IMG/VR virus record: IMGVR_UViG_3300028591_000077
Strand: one strand, 5' to 3'
From: a virus
Taxonomy: Duplodnaviria > Heunggongvirae > Uroviricota > Caudoviricetes
DNA length: 64,000 nucleotides
Positions within the stretch are counted from its first letter, which is position 1; each line of letters begins with the position of its first letter. The notes under the pieces are model-generated. The model saw only the letters and a list, made by a program, of their open reading frames with translations. It was not told the DNA's origin and searched no databases. Of this stretch, positions 37,157 through 50,099 are shown piece by piece. A program made the translations under genes and the position numbers.

Positions 37157-37834
37157 ATGCCTAACTATTATGTCGTTGGAACAATAAATAACTGAACGAT
37201 CTATGAAAACTATCAGTTAACTCAAGATCCAACTGAGACTAATAAATACACTCTTTCAGGATTGTATTTAGACGCTAATGCAAAAATTAAGGTAAGAAGT
37301 AGCGAAAACGCTTGGTATGGTAATGAAACTACTTGGCAAGGCTGTGGATTTACCCTCGATGCCGATCATAATGTCTGTATTATAGAATCGGCTGCATATA
37401 ATATTTCATTTTATTTGAATTCTGCTGAGGGTAACCACATTGTTATCGGCAAAGCGACTCCGCCAGAGCACATCGAGATTAATCCATCCTCCTTCCATGG
37501 CCTTGTTGTAACCGACCATGGAGATTATTATACCTTAGCATTCGGTAGTGAAAGTTTTGATGTTGAAAAAGGTGCAGCCCCAAAGTCGACTTTTACATTT
37601 ACAATCAATTATAAAGACGCAGGATCAACTACACAGTATCAGGCAGAAGAAGGAATGACTTGGGCTGATTTCATAGCATCTAGCTATAATACTAACAATG
37701 ATGTTAGAGCAGATATGTGCTATAAAAATGCTGGAGCATGTATTTACTCTGATAGTGCAACATATGTGCTTTGTTCTGCAGAAGATACGCTTATTGCTGA
37801 TCATATTTATTATGCAACAACAGGCGGCAATTAA
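37157..37834 (+). CDS. Virion accessory protein with SusE/F-like carbohydrate-binding N-domain (TGA=Trp)
   Basis: YYVVGTINN(TGA) matches the YxxGxxNxW motif; AGGAGG RBS. Confidence 0.7.
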
Positions 37835-37873
37835 TTATTAGATATACAATAATTTATTAAGGAGAATTTACTT

Positions 37874-38269
37874 ATGAGCGTTACAAAATCCTATGACTTA
37901 GACAGAGTATTGGGTGGAGAAGATAAGTATGTTTATGCTAAACAAGGTGAATATTCCAGTAACATTTTATTATCAAAGGTTACTAGCTATTCATTAAGCA
38001 TTAACGGAACAACTTACTCTTCATTAGCAGAGCCAACCAGTGAGGCAAAATTTTCAGTAGGAGATTCTATTCTTTTGTATGAAGATGGCACCAATAATTC
38101 TACTGCTTATTTGACATCACAGGGAATTTTAAAAGAAATTACAACTCATAATTGCACTTCAATGACTATAAGCTCTATTACTATTAATAGTGCCAGTGTT
38201 GATTCAGTTGTTGAAAAAGATATCGCAGATGAAGATATAATTTCTTTAACTTTAGTATCGGAGGAATAA
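37874..38269 (+). CDS. Hypothetical protein
   Basis: AGGAG RBS. Confidence 0.7.
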   Translation: MSVTKSYDLDRVLGGEDKYVYAKQGEYSSNILLSKVTSYSLSINGTTYSSLAEPTSEAKFSVGDSILLYEDGTNNSTAYLTSQGILKEITTHNCTSMTISSITINSASVDSVVEKDIADEDIISLTLVSEE

Positions 38270-38272
38270 AAT

Positions 38273-38719
38273 ATGATTCAATTAAGAAAAGTTGGAGCTA
38301 ATTTATTATTAGAAACTACAGAAGATACCCTAATTGGTACTGAAATTTATGTTAACGACTATTTGAAATTTACAGTTCAAAATGATGGTTTGATATCAAA
38401 TAGATTAGAATTTGGCGCCGATGGCAGTGAAGTTGCTTTTGTCATTGCCAAATTTAATAACAGACTCTTCATGATTAATAGAATTAAATTTAATGAAGAG
38501 TATGGCAATTATTTCTCAAATGACTCCGGAGACGGAGTACAAGAATCTCAAGTTGTTTGGTTTACTGAAGATAAAACTACTCATGAGCTAACACAACTTA
38601 GCACCGGATTTTATTATACGAATGAAAATGCTGAATCGATGTCTATCTGGGATTTATATTGTAAGTTAGTGCTTAAGGAAGATGGGAACTTTTATATTTA
38701 TTGTTACCTTGTAATTTAA
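38273..38719 (+). CDS. Hypothetical protein
   Basis: GGAGG RBS. Confidence 0.7.
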   Translation: MIQLRKVGANLLLETTEDTLIGTEIYVNDYLKFTVQNDGLISNRLEFGADGSEVAFVIAKFNNRLFMINRIKFNEEYGNYFSNDSGDGVQESQVVWFTEDKTTHELTQLSTGFYYTNENAESMSIWDLYCKLVLKEDGNFYIYCYLVI

Positions 38720-38736
38720 TAAGGAGACAATCTAAT

Positions 38737-40950
38737 ATGAGTGCAAGCAAGACATTTAATTTTGAAAAAATAATTGGAGGGTTTGAAAACAAAGCCTCTG
38801 TTTTTGCTGTTCAAAATGGAGCTAAAAGTAATACTGTCGATAGCATCACAGATTTAACCGGAACTTTATGGCTAATGGATAACGCTGTAGATGTTTACAT
38901 GCAAAACTATGAATACGATTTAAGTTTTACATCAAATAATACTTCGTTTATAAAATTTGGCTTAGTATATGATATTGGCTCTGACATAGGTGGTGGAAGT
39001 GGGCCGGATAATCAAGGACTCGACTATTATTATGATGAATTAAATAGTGATAGAGTTTATGATTCAAGAAATGATACTTGGTCTAACAATGCTTATAAAA
39101 TTATTAAAATAACTGGTGGAGAAGATGCAACTAATTCTGATTTAATTGCATGGTTAGAAGCCAATGCTACTCAGTTACCATCAACACTAATAGGCACTAA
39201 ATGGAAATATACTTGCACTAACATTATTAGTGTAGGTAGAGTGCCTTCCCATGAGTCTGACTACTCTATTAATGGAACCATTAATGATGAAGCTTTTACT
39301 GGTATTACTGAAGTTTTATTTAGCGGAACAGGCAATTATTTCTATGATATTGGATATAATTACTTTAGCACGACAACGCCTGGTGGTATGGCTAATGGAG
39401 CTGTTGGTGATGAATACATAATAGAAATCACAGATGGTGATGATGCAGCAAATACTGATCTAATCGCTTGGTTTTATCAAAACGCTACGCAAATTATTGA
39501 GCCTACAAAAGAGCTCATAAGCATAGCAGTTTCTGGACAAAAAACAAATTTTACAGTCGGAGACACTTTTGTGTTTGGTGGAACAGTAACTGCGCTTTAT
39601 AGTGATTCTACCTCAGAAGACGTAACTGCAAGCGCGACCTTTAGTGGCTATAATATGTTAGCTACTGGTTCTCAAACAGTAACAGCCACCTATAATGATA
39701 AAACAACTACATATACAATTACAGTATCATCAGCGTCAAATGGTTGGTTTTTAAAAGGCACAATGAACGACTGGCAGCCAGTCGCTGCATATAATTTTAA
39801 ATTAAACAATTATGGAAAGCCTAGCGAAGCGCTTAATCAATACTTATTAACTGTAAATCTTAATGTAAACGATGAAATTAAATTACATCTTGTTGGTACA
39901 GACACTTGGCTTGGTTATTCCTTTATAGAAGAAGGCGGAGCAAAAGCCAATTTTGAGTATAACTCCGACACTACGAATATTAAAGTATTAGCCAGTGGAA
40001 AATACAGATTCTATCTAAAAGATTATGGCAATAGCTATCAAATTTATGTAGAGCTTATTCCACAGCCTGCAACGAAAATCAGCGGTTTTAATATTATTAA
40101 ATTAAAAGATAACGTTTTAACGGTAGACGGCACAGAGTATTATTTAAGCGCGCTTGCCTCCGGCACTGATGATGGCGAACGCTCATATAAAGATCTATCT
40201 ATCAAAATAAATTCTATCGGCAATATTGTATTGACTGTCGGCACTGCAAGCGTTGAGATGGAAGACTATAATAATGCTTCAAATTTCGTTTTAGCGGACT
40301 CAAATTATTTAGAAACAAAAAACGGTTTATTCTTCTGCGTCAAGGACAGCACTGAAGAAACCTATAATATTATGGCAGATATCACAAATGGTTCTTCCAG
40401 TGGTGACTTAACTATTGAAAGCGGAAAAACAGCTGAAGTTACTATTTCTGCTAGCCAAGGCTATGCTCTCCCAGAAACAATAACTGTTACAAATGCAAGC
40501 TACGCTTATAGTAGCAGCACAGGCATTGTAACGTTAAGCAACCCAACAGGCGATGTCACAATTACCGCTACTTGCTTAGAGCAATTACAAGCCCCATATA
40601 TTGAGATTGTAGATGCACCAACGGTCGGTTATAGCGGAAATATTACTGCCGAGCAGGTTTCTGGTATATTAACTGTTGCAACTTATATTAAATTTGAAAG
40701 TGCACCTGAAAATGAGAATGATTATGATTCATATTGTGACAAAGATGGTGTAATTACAGGATTAACCTCATATTCTGGTAAAACTAAAATTTATGTATGA
40801 GGAACAAATAGTGGAGTAATTATCAACAATAATACTACACCAGCTGGTACTCATACTTATAACAATGCTACTGAAGTTATATTAGATGGAAATTATGATA
40901 TTTTATTAGCATATAATCCATCAAATAATAGTGGTGGCAGCAATGACTAG
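38737..40950 (+). CDS. Multidomain surface/tail protein with Ig-like (Big_3-like) and SusE-like domains (TGA=Trp)
   Basis: LISIAVSGQKTNFTVGDTF and FLKGTMNDW domains; frame stays open past TGA 40798 to TAG 40950. Confidence 0.75.
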
Positions 40951-40964
40951 GAGGAGACTAGATT

Positions 40965-41840
40965 ATGGCAATTACAAATTTAACCAATTCCAAATGGTTG
41001 ATTAAAAAACCAAGTGAAATATCAAAATTACCTGGAATAACCTCTGAAAGTAATTTTTATGTATCTACAAAAATAACATATAGTAATTATGTTTCAAATA
41101 TTTCTACTTATTTGAACTTTACTCCCTCTTCTTCAACAAACGGAATTATAGTAAGTCAATATCCATCTAAGTCTTCTGGAATTTATCCACGTTTTACGAT
41201 AGTTAGTTTAGGAGGAACTAACTATTATGTTTCATATATACCATCTTATACTGGAACTCCTACTACTTTAGGTGATGTTGAATGCACACTTGAAATCACC
41301 GGTGGCACTGATCAAGCAGTAACTAATGCTAATTTAATTGCTTGGTTAGAAGAAAATGCTACACTAATTGAATCATCTAATTCATATAAATTAAGTCACT
41401 CTTTAACTAATCTAACTAAAGGAAATATTACTTTTACAATAACACCAGATACGGGATATGCTTTGCCTTCAACTAGTGCAGGTATAACAGTAACAAATGG
41501 CACATTAGTTTCTTATGATAATACAACTGGTGTTATAGTCGTTTCTGGGGATGATACCACAACTATATCGGTTACTTGTGTAGATACTCAAATTAGTTTC
41601 ACTGTAGATAATGTTCAATTCCAGGCTGAAAGCGGTATGACTTGGGCGGATTGGTGTAGTAGTGATTATAACACAGGAGAATGGGTAGCCGAGTATGGCA
41701 GTGTGCATTATTTAGCAGGAAGATATGATTATTTCGTGCAATTAAATGGCACAAATGTAAAACCAACCGATGCAATAATAAACGGAACAACATATACAAT
41801 TTATACAGTAAATGCAGGTGGAGGAGGTGCTAGCAATTAA
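40965..41840 (+). CDS. Paralogous virion accessory protein
   Basis: Shares LEITGG..N..LIAWLE.NAT and QAE.GMTW modules with neighbours. Confidence 0.75.
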   Translation: MAITNLTNSKWLIKKPSEISKLPGITSESNFYVSTKITYSNYVSNISTYLNFTPSSSTNGIIVSQYPSKSSGIYPRFTIVSLGGTNYYVSYIPSYTGTPTTLGDVECTLEITGGTDQAVTNANLIAWLEENATLIESSNSYKLSHSLTNLTKGNITFTITPDTGYALPSTSAGITVTNGTLVSYDNTTGVIVVSGDDTTTISVTCVDTQISFTVDNVQFQAESGMTWADWCSSDYNTGEWVAEYGSVHYLAGRYDYFVQLNGTNVKPTDAIINGTTYTIYTVNAGGGGASN

Positions 41841-41899
41841 TGAAAATCAATTATGGAAACATATCAAACTGGCTTATAACGGATAGGAGGTAAATAACT

Positions 41900-43315
41900 A
41901 TGCAATTTACAATAACTCATGGAAAATTATCATCAATATCTGAAACATTATCTCCATCACATGAATATTTTATTCTACCGGAAACAATTACTGTTACAGG
42001 TTCTACTTCATCGTATTCAAGCGCTACAGGAGAAGTTGTTTTGACAGAGCTTGGATTTCCAACAAGTGTTACAGCTTCAGCACAGTTAAAACCTATTGAT
42101 CCACAAGATTTAACAAACACTAAATGGCAGATTAAGAAACCTAGTGAGTGGGTTAGCCCTTTTGGTACTGCCGCTACTGCATTAAACCTTAGTATCAACA
42201 ATAAAATTACCTGCGGTTCATATGAAAGTATGAACAGTAACCATATTAGCGGTATGTTTAGATATTATGGTAGCACATTAGTAATGTATATTAGTAATTC
42301 GGATAATACTAATTATCCAGTCATTGCGATTACAAGTTATGGAGATACAGTTGGTGTCTTCTACAGTGCAAGTAGTAGTGAATCTACTAACTTAGGAGAT
42401 GTGGAATCTATTTTAGAAATAACTACAGGTGATGACACAACTAATCAAAATCTTGTTACTTTTTTAAAAGTTAATGCTACTCAAATCATAGAACCAAGTG
42501 GTCCTACAATTACAATAGATGGTGTAGCTTATTCTGTGGACGAAGGCGATTCATTGGTAATAAATCAAACTGGATTATATAATTCAACAAAATCATCACA
42601 GATATATACGTTTACAAGTACTGGCGGAAGATTTTTTGGATTCAATTTAAGTTCAGGACAAATAAGCCCAAGTACTGGATATGAAATTACAGATACATTT
42701 TTAGCTTCTGCTAACTTGACTTTATACTCAGTTGAGCAATTCCCATCAAAGACATTCGATTTATCTTCATTAAGCTTAGCTGCTGGAAGCCATACAATTA
42801 CGGTTAAATTGGCTGCAGAAGGCTATGGAAAATCAGGTTCAAGCAATGAGATAACTTACAATACGAGTGGCGCCTCAGTGCTTAGAATCTACAATGTAGA
42901 TGCCAATGCTGCAGAATTTGAAGTTTATGCAGATGGAACATTAGCAGCAACGATAGACTTAGCACCAGATAACGCTATATTAGATAGCGACGATAATTAT
43001 ATAAAGGCAAGCGATGGATATTTGACTACAAGCGAGTCAAGTATTAGCGTAATATCATTTACGATCAGCGATACCTCTTATCAAGCCAATGAAGGTATGA
43101 CCTGGCGTGAATGGATTGCCAGTGAATATAATACTGGTGGATTTGGTGAATCAGCATATGACTCCAAGCACGTCGGAATCGGAAGATATGAAGTCAGTTT
43201 TGATGGAAGCAGCGTAAATATAGATTCTGAAATCGTGGCTGACCGCAGTTATCAAATGGTTAGTGGAAGTACCAACAGTGGCAGTACCCACAGCGGTGGC
43301 AGTACAGAACCTTAA
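41900..43315 (+). CDS. Paralogous virion accessory protein
   Basis: Same modules as 40965. Confidence 0.75.
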   Translation: MQFTITHGKLSSISETLSPSHEYFILPETITVTGSTSSYSSATGEVVLTELGFPTSVTASAQLKPIDPQDLTNTKWQIKKPSEWVSPFGTAATALNLSINNKITCGSYESMNSNHISGMFRYYGSTLVMYISNSDNTNYPVIAITSYGDTVGVFYSASSSESTNLGDVESILEITTGDDTTNQNLVTFLKVNATQIIEPSGPTITIDGVAYSVDEGDSLVINQTGLYNSTKSSQIYTFTSTGGRFFGFNLSSGQISPSTGYEITDTFLASANLTLYSVEQFPSKTFDLSSLSLAAGSHTITVKLAAEGYGKSGSSNEITYNTSGASVLRIYNVDANAAEFEVYADGTLAATIDLAPDNAILDSDDNYIKASDGYLTTSESSISVISFTISDTSYQANEGMTWREWIASEYNTGGFGESAYDSKHVGIGRYEVSFDGSSVNIDSEIVADRSYQMVSGSTNSGSTHSGGSTEP

Positions 43316-43336
43316 TATAAAAGGAGCAGTTAATTT

Positions 43337-43768
43337 ATGGCAAACACAACATTAACCCAAACAGGAGCACAAGTTCAAGCAGATTTAGACAAAGTAGAGG
43401 GACTTGCAAATATTAAAACTATAAGCAGCGGCTTATCTTTAAGTAATGCAGGAGAACTAAGTGCAAGTGATATTGCTTATAGTGGCGATGGCACAAACTA
43501 TAGTAGCATGCACGGTAATATATTTATGCTTAATTTAACAAAAATACGTAATGAATTGGGCGTTACAAATGCAGGCCCCTATACTGCTATTTTATTAATT
43601 AACGATAAAAGTAAAGGTTACGACGACCCACACTTGGTAATGGGGGCTTATTATTCAAGAAGCGATGCACAACCAATTAATGAAAGTACAAACATATATA
43701 TGGTTATATTTGCCTGCGGTATTATTATTTGTAGTGCTGAAGTAAATTATGCACAAACTACCAATTAG
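43337..43768 (+). CDS. Short fibre-like protein
   Basis: MANTTLTQTGAQVQADL N-terminal motif. Confidence 0.65.
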   Translation: MANTTLTQTGAQVQADLDKVEGLANIKTISSGLSLSNAGELSASDIAYSGDGTNYSSMHGNIFMLNLTKIRNELGVTNAGPYTAILLINDKSKGYDDPHLVMGAYYSRSDAQPINESTNIYMVIFACGIIICSAEVNYAQTTN

Positions 43769-43849
43769 AAAGATAATTTAATATAAATATGGAATTATTA
43801 GAACAAATATTTAAGTACATTTATAATTAATTAAAGGAGAAAATAAATT

Positions 43850-44302
43850 ATGGCAGATACAACATTAACACAAACAGGCGCTGAAGTCCAAGCAGCGATT
43901 AACAAAGCAGAAAAATTACCAACCGTTACAGGTAGTGATAATGGCAAAACGTTACAAGTAGATAGTAATGGTAATTTTGTTGCTAATATAGTAAATGGTG
44001 GATTCAATTTAACGTTACACGGTAGCGGCGCAAACGGTGACTGTAATGTTTACTTTAAGGACGGCACAAGCACATTAAATGTTTATACAGGTACTTTTCA
44101 AAACGTTGTTGCTATCGAATGTAACTACCATATGGCTTCTATGTATAGCGGTTATGGTTATGGTACAATGGTTACTTACTATAATGGCGACCTTGTACTA
44201 GTTAATGATGACAATGTTGCTAGTTTGACTGGTAAATTATGCATCTTACTTACCGACGTCGAAATCACTGGTTTATCAATGGGTGGTGGCAATAATAAAT
44301 AA
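43850..44302 (+). CDS. Short fibre-like protein
   Basis: MADTTLTQTGAEVQAAI N-terminal motif. Confidence 0.65.
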   Translation: MADTTLTQTGAEVQAAINKAEKLPTVTGSDNGKTLQVDSNGNFVANIVNGGFNLTLHGSGANGDCNVYFKDGTSTLNVYTGTFQNVVAIECNYHMASMYSGYGYGTMVTYYNGDLVLVNDDNVASLTGKLCILLTDVEITGLSMGGGNNK

Positions 44303-44453
44303 TTATAAACATACAATTAATTGAACAAATTATTAAATATACTTCTATTAATCATAATTAAAAATATAAAAAAGAAGTTATTATTATATATAACTTCTTT
44401 TTATTTGCTAAATTATATGATCTTAAAATTATAAAAAGGAGAATAGACTATTT

Positions 44454-45773
<1,320 letters not shown>

Positions 45774-45784
45774 GGAGATAATTT

Positions 45785-46099
45785 ATGAGACATAATTATA
45801 AAATAGATAAAAATAATGTCATTATCGAATGTCATGAAATTCCATTCGATGAAACAAAGCCTTATATTGAGACAGATGAAGTAGTCAGACTCGGCATTGA
45901 TAAAGTAGTTGAAGGCAAATTTGTTAAGGTCGCCGATGAAACAAAAATTAATAGAATAGCTGAATTAAAACAACTTTTAGCAGCCTCAGATTATCAATGT
46001 TTAAAGCACGCTGATGGTGAATTAACCGATGAGGAATATGCTGATATTAAGGCGCAACGTCATGCTTGGCGTATAGAAATAAACGAATTAGAAAAATAA
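45785..46099 (+). CDS. Tail-fibre assembly-like protein
   Basis: ELKQLLAASDY...QRHAWR.EINELE. Confidence 0.65.
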   Translation: MRHNYKIDKNNVIIECHEIPFDETKPYIETDEVVRLGIDKVVEGKFVKVADETKINRIAELKQLLAASDYQCLKHADGELTDEEYADIKAQRHAWRIEINELEK

Positions 46100-46118
46100 T
46101 AACTAGGCGGTTAATTAT

Positions 46119-46550
46119 ATGGCGAGTGTAAGAGTCGATTTAAGAACTTTATCATTAAAGCCTGGCCGTTATAAAATTCAAGCAAAAGCCTCAGGTATTG
46201 GTCACCGCTCAAGTGAATTTTCTAATATAGTTGAATATAAAGTTGGCTATGAAATCATAGTCAATTATTCAACAGGAACTTATAAAGGTAGTACTTTTAT
46301 GAGTGAAAATGGTGAGGGTGAAATAAAATTAATAGCTGCAGAAGGTTATGATTTGCCTGATGCAAGAGCACTTTCTGTAACAGGTGCTGATTTTACATAT
46401 AACGCTGGCACTATTTATCTATTTAATCCTATAAGTGATATTACTATAAATGCTGATGGCTTTGAAGCCGATAGCGTGGTTTCTTACGATCTAAAAAGAT
46501 TAGTATCACAAGACAATAAAAAGCTTAAATATGCAAAGGAGAACGACTAA
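46119..46550 (+). CDS. Hypothetical virion accessory protein
   Basis: Shares DL.TLSL..G.Y.I..KA...G...SE.SN module with 41900. Confidence 0.7.
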   Translation: MASVRVDLRTLSLKPGRYKIQAKASGIGHRSSEFSNIVEYKVGYEIIVNYSTGTYKGSTFMSENGEGEIKLIAAEGYDLPDARALSVTGADFTYNAGTIYLFNPISDITINADGFEADSVVSYDLKRLVSQDNKKLKYAKEND

Positions 46551-47665
46551 TGGAAGATTTTGTATTAACGCAAACTGCGGCACAAGTGCAAAAAGACCTA
46601 AATTTGATTGAAGGTATTGAAGTCAATTTTAGTGCTGAAAAACTATTTTATGCAGGAGATTTAGCCATCTATGAAGGTAAGCTTTATCAATGTATTAGTG
46701 ATACTACATTTGGTCCTGCGGCTTTTGACCCAAAATATTGGCAAGAGGCAAAACTTTCAGAGTGGCTTTTAAAGCGTATTGGCTGAACTATTACAGACCA
46801 TGCCTATAATGAAGAATGGCATTATGACAAAGGTGATACAGTTTATTTTAGAGGCTATTTGTATACAGCAAATAAAGATAGCGCTGACCCTGCTGGTCAA
46901 TTTAACTTTTCTGATTGGGACAAAACATCTGTTGAAAGTCTTATTTGAAAAAAACAAGACATTATTGATGCTAATAATAAATTGGATTATTCATTATTGT
47001 CAAATACACCAAGACTAGCCACTGTCGCCACTACTGGAGCTTATAGTGACCTAATAGGCCTTCCAACTATTCCAACAGTAAATAACGCAACATTAACAAT
47101 TCAAAAAAATAATACTACACTTGATACATTTACCGCCAATGCTTCTGCTGATAAGGTAATAAATATTACTGTTCCAACAAAGACGAGTGATATTGAAAAT
47201 GATAGCTGGTATGTTACCAGCACAGACGTGGCAGGTTCAGTTGAGCAGAAAACGAGTTTATATCTACATGCAATAAATGTAACGTCTAGTAATAAACTCT
47301 ATATTAAGCACTATGATACTGGCACAACTACGGAGTCAACAGACTATTATACCACAATTATTATTTATTTGGTTTCTACTAAATCGGAGAAATATACAAA
47401 GTTTAGCCAAATAAAAAACGATTGAGACAGCAGCAAAATTATATCTGGTAAACTTTATACTTGAGCAGCGGGGTCTGGCTCCAGTTCTGCCTTAGCTTTA
47501 ATAACGATTGGTGGAGGAGTCTTCAATGTTACAACTTGTGGTAATGTTCGTGCTTTCTCTATGACAAACAGAGATGTTCTGAATACGGAATGGCGATTCT
47601 CAATAGGCCACAGTTCAGAGCCAAATATTCCTAGCGAATATACATATACTGTTACAAAATTATAA
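46550..47665 (+). CDS. Fibre/carbohydrate-binding protein (four TGA=Trp; merges three track ORFs)
   Basis: One frame from ATG 46550 to TAA 47665; two CBM5/12-like Y..GD.V.Y.G.LY repeats. Confidence 0.8.
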
Positions 47666-47690
47666 TAAATAAATAAGGAGGAATATATTT

Positions 47691-48071
47691 ATGAAAAAAG
47701 CTAATTATAGACTGAATGAGGATGGAACTATAATGGAATATTGTATTGACCCTTTTCATGAAGGTGAACCTTATATTGAAGTATCAGAGGATACTATTAT
47801 TCATCCAGGATTTGACAAAGTTATAAATGGTGAATATATTCCTGATCCGGCTCTTTTTGAGGCTGATCGACTAAGAAGAGAGCAAAAAGCGAATGTCTTT
47901 ACTAAAATTTCAAGATTAAAATCTTATTTGACAAGAACAGACGCTGAAATAATAAAATATGTTGAAGGTTTATTGACTGAAGAAGATTTTGAAGCTGTTA
48001 AAAAACAAAGACAGACCTGAAGAGAAGAGATAGAAAAATTAGAATCTGATTTGCATTTGCCTGAAAACTAA
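47691..48071 (+). CDS. Tail-fibre assembly-like protein (TGA=Trp)
   Basis: QRQT(TGA)REEI aligns with QRHAWRIEI of paralog 45785. Confidence 0.8.
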
Positions 48072-48242
48072 AGTAAATATACGATAGTATATTTACTAAT
48101 ATAATGTATATATATGCATTATAAAGAAAAGAACATATAAGAAAAGAACAACTGAGCTTGCGAAAGTTCAGTTTTTTCTTTTTATTTTAGAATAAGATAC
48201 ATTGTATAATATAGTGATGATGTTTCCAAAGGAGGCGATTTA

Positions 48243-50099
48243 ATGGCTTATTCAGCAGACAATATTAAAGTATTAGATGACGTAAGTCACATTAGATTAC
48301 GTAGAGGCATGTATATTGGCGATGCGACTGACGCTCGCCAACTTTTATCTGAAATTTTTGATAACGCTATCGATGAAGTTCAAGCCGGTTATAGCAAAGA
48401 GCTTTTAGTCACGATTGATTCATCAACTAATACATACAAAGTCAGAGACTGGGGCCGTGGCATTCCGCATGGCAAGAAGACATTAGAGAATGGGGAAAAG
48501 AAAGAAGTTCTCGAAATCTTAATGACGAAAGCCAACTCTGGCGGTAAATTCGATAACTCTTCTTATAATTATTCTTCAGGTCTTAATGGTCTTGGTTTGA
48601 CGATTACCAATGCGCTTTCCAAATATATGAAGATTATTTCTTATCGCAGTGGAAAGTATGTCCAAGTCGAAGCCCATGGCGCAACTGACGTCACTTTGAC
48701 AAAAGGACAAACCAAAGAGCCAGACGGCACTGAAGTTACATTTATTCCTGACAAACAATATTTCAAAGTCGAAGCCATTCCTACCGACTTCATTTTAAAT
48801 CGCTGTAAGATCGCTTCTGCTTTAGGATTCAGGGCAAGGCTTATCATTGACGGGCACGAAGTCGACACCAATAGTAAGATTTTTGATTTAATCGTTGAGG
48901 ATGACGACAAAATCGTAACTTATGTCGACATTCCTGAAATCGACGTTACGAATAAAGAACAGGAAGCGATGAAAGTCGCTCTAAGATACACTTCTGATAC
49001 CAAAGACAGATATTTTGGTTATACTAACCTCTTATCTAACTATTTAGGTGGCACACATGTGCAAGTTCTTTCTAAAGTAATCATGTCTGCCTGGGAAGCA
49101 TTCTTAGCAAAACATAAGAATATTCGTCCGACCGTTGAACTTAAACCTTCTGATTATTTAGTAGGTCTCAGAGGAATCATCGCGGTATTCATTTCACATC
49201 CAGAATTCTCTTCGCAAACCAAAGAAAAATTAGTCGTCAATAAAAACTATTTTAACGACCTTATGGAAGCGTTTTCTAAGAGTTTGATAAAATACCTAGA
49301 CGACAATATTTTGGTTGCCCAGCAGCTCATTAAACGCTTTGAAGAGTATAGAATTTCACAGAACGCTCTCTTGTCCAGAAAAGAAATCAGCAGCTTGATT
49401 AAAATCAATGATGATTCTTCAGACAATATCCGTAGACGTTCTGTTGTCAGTAAATTGGTTGAGTGCACTTCAAGAAAACGTGATAATACTGAATTGTTTA
49501 TCGTCGAAGGAGACTCCGCCATGGGCCCTTATCTCTATGTCAGAGACAAAGAAACGCAAGCGGTGCTTCCTATCAGAGGCAAGATTCTCAATACGACCTA
49601 CAAAGACATCAAAGAAGTCATACAAAATAAGGAAATCTGTGACATCGCTAACAGTATCGGCTGTGGAATCGGCGCCCAATGTGACGCAAGCAAGTCTCGT
49701 TATGATAAAATCATTATTTCAGCTGACGCCGACCCAGATGGTTTGCAGATTAACTGTTTGGTTCTTGCTGTATTCGTCAATCTTTTCCCGGATATGATTA
49801 AGCAAGGCCGAGTTTATATCTCTCTTCCTCCATTATATTGCTGGGGAACAAGCGTCAAGAACTACGGCTGGTGCAACAATGTAGACGAAATTCCGGCAAA
49901 TGCAGTCAATGTGCACCGTTTTAAAGGATTGGGCGAGATGAACAACGACCAATTAGAATACTTTTTGGTTAACAGAGCAACAAGAAACGTCATGCAAATC
50001 GAATATCCGTCAGATATTGATGAATTCAATAGAATCTTAGGCACTTCTGAAGGCAAAGGAAGCTTATTAAAGGATTTGGGGGTAGTTATCAATGGCTAA
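48243..50099 (+). CDS. Type IIA topoisomerase B subunit (GyrB/ParE-like)
   Basis: EIFDNAIDE, GRGIP, NSGGKF, SGLNGLG, EGDSA, PIRGKILN, DADPDG. Confidence 0.95.
   Translation: MAYSADNIKVLDDVSHIRLRRGMYIGDATDARQLLSEIFDNAIDEVQAGYSKELLVTIDSSTNTYKVRDWGRGIPHGKKTLENGEKKEVLEILMTKANSGGKFDNSSYNYSSGLNGLGLTITNALSKYMKIISYRSGKYVQVEAHGATDVTLTKGQTKEPDGTEVTFIPDKQYFKVEAIPTDFILNRCKIASALGFRARLIIDGHEVDTNSKIFDLIVEDDDKIVTYVDIPEIDVTNKEQEAMKVALRYTSDTKDRYFGYTNLLSNYLGGTHVQVLSKVIMSAWEAFLAKHKNIRPTVELKPSDYLVGLRGIIAVFISHPEFSSQTKEKLVVNKNYFNDLMEAFSKSLIKYLDDNILVAQQLIKRFEEYRISQNALLSRKEISSLIKINDDSSDNIRRRSVVSKLVECTSRKRDNTELFIVEGDSAMGPYLYVRDKETQAVLPIRGKILNTTYKDIKEVIQNKEICDIANSIGCGIGAQCDASKSRYDKIIISADADPDGLQINCLVLAVFVNLFPDMIKQGRVYISLPPLYCWGTSVKNYGWCNNVDEIPANAVNVHRFKGLGEMNNDQLEYFLVNRATRNVMQIEYPSDIDEFNRILGTSEGKGSLLKDLGVVING

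Noticed and set aside
37157-43315. Diversity-generating retroelement TR/VR pair
   Set aside because: The repeated QAE.GMTW modules differ at all base types, not only adenines, and there is no reverse transcriptase in the window
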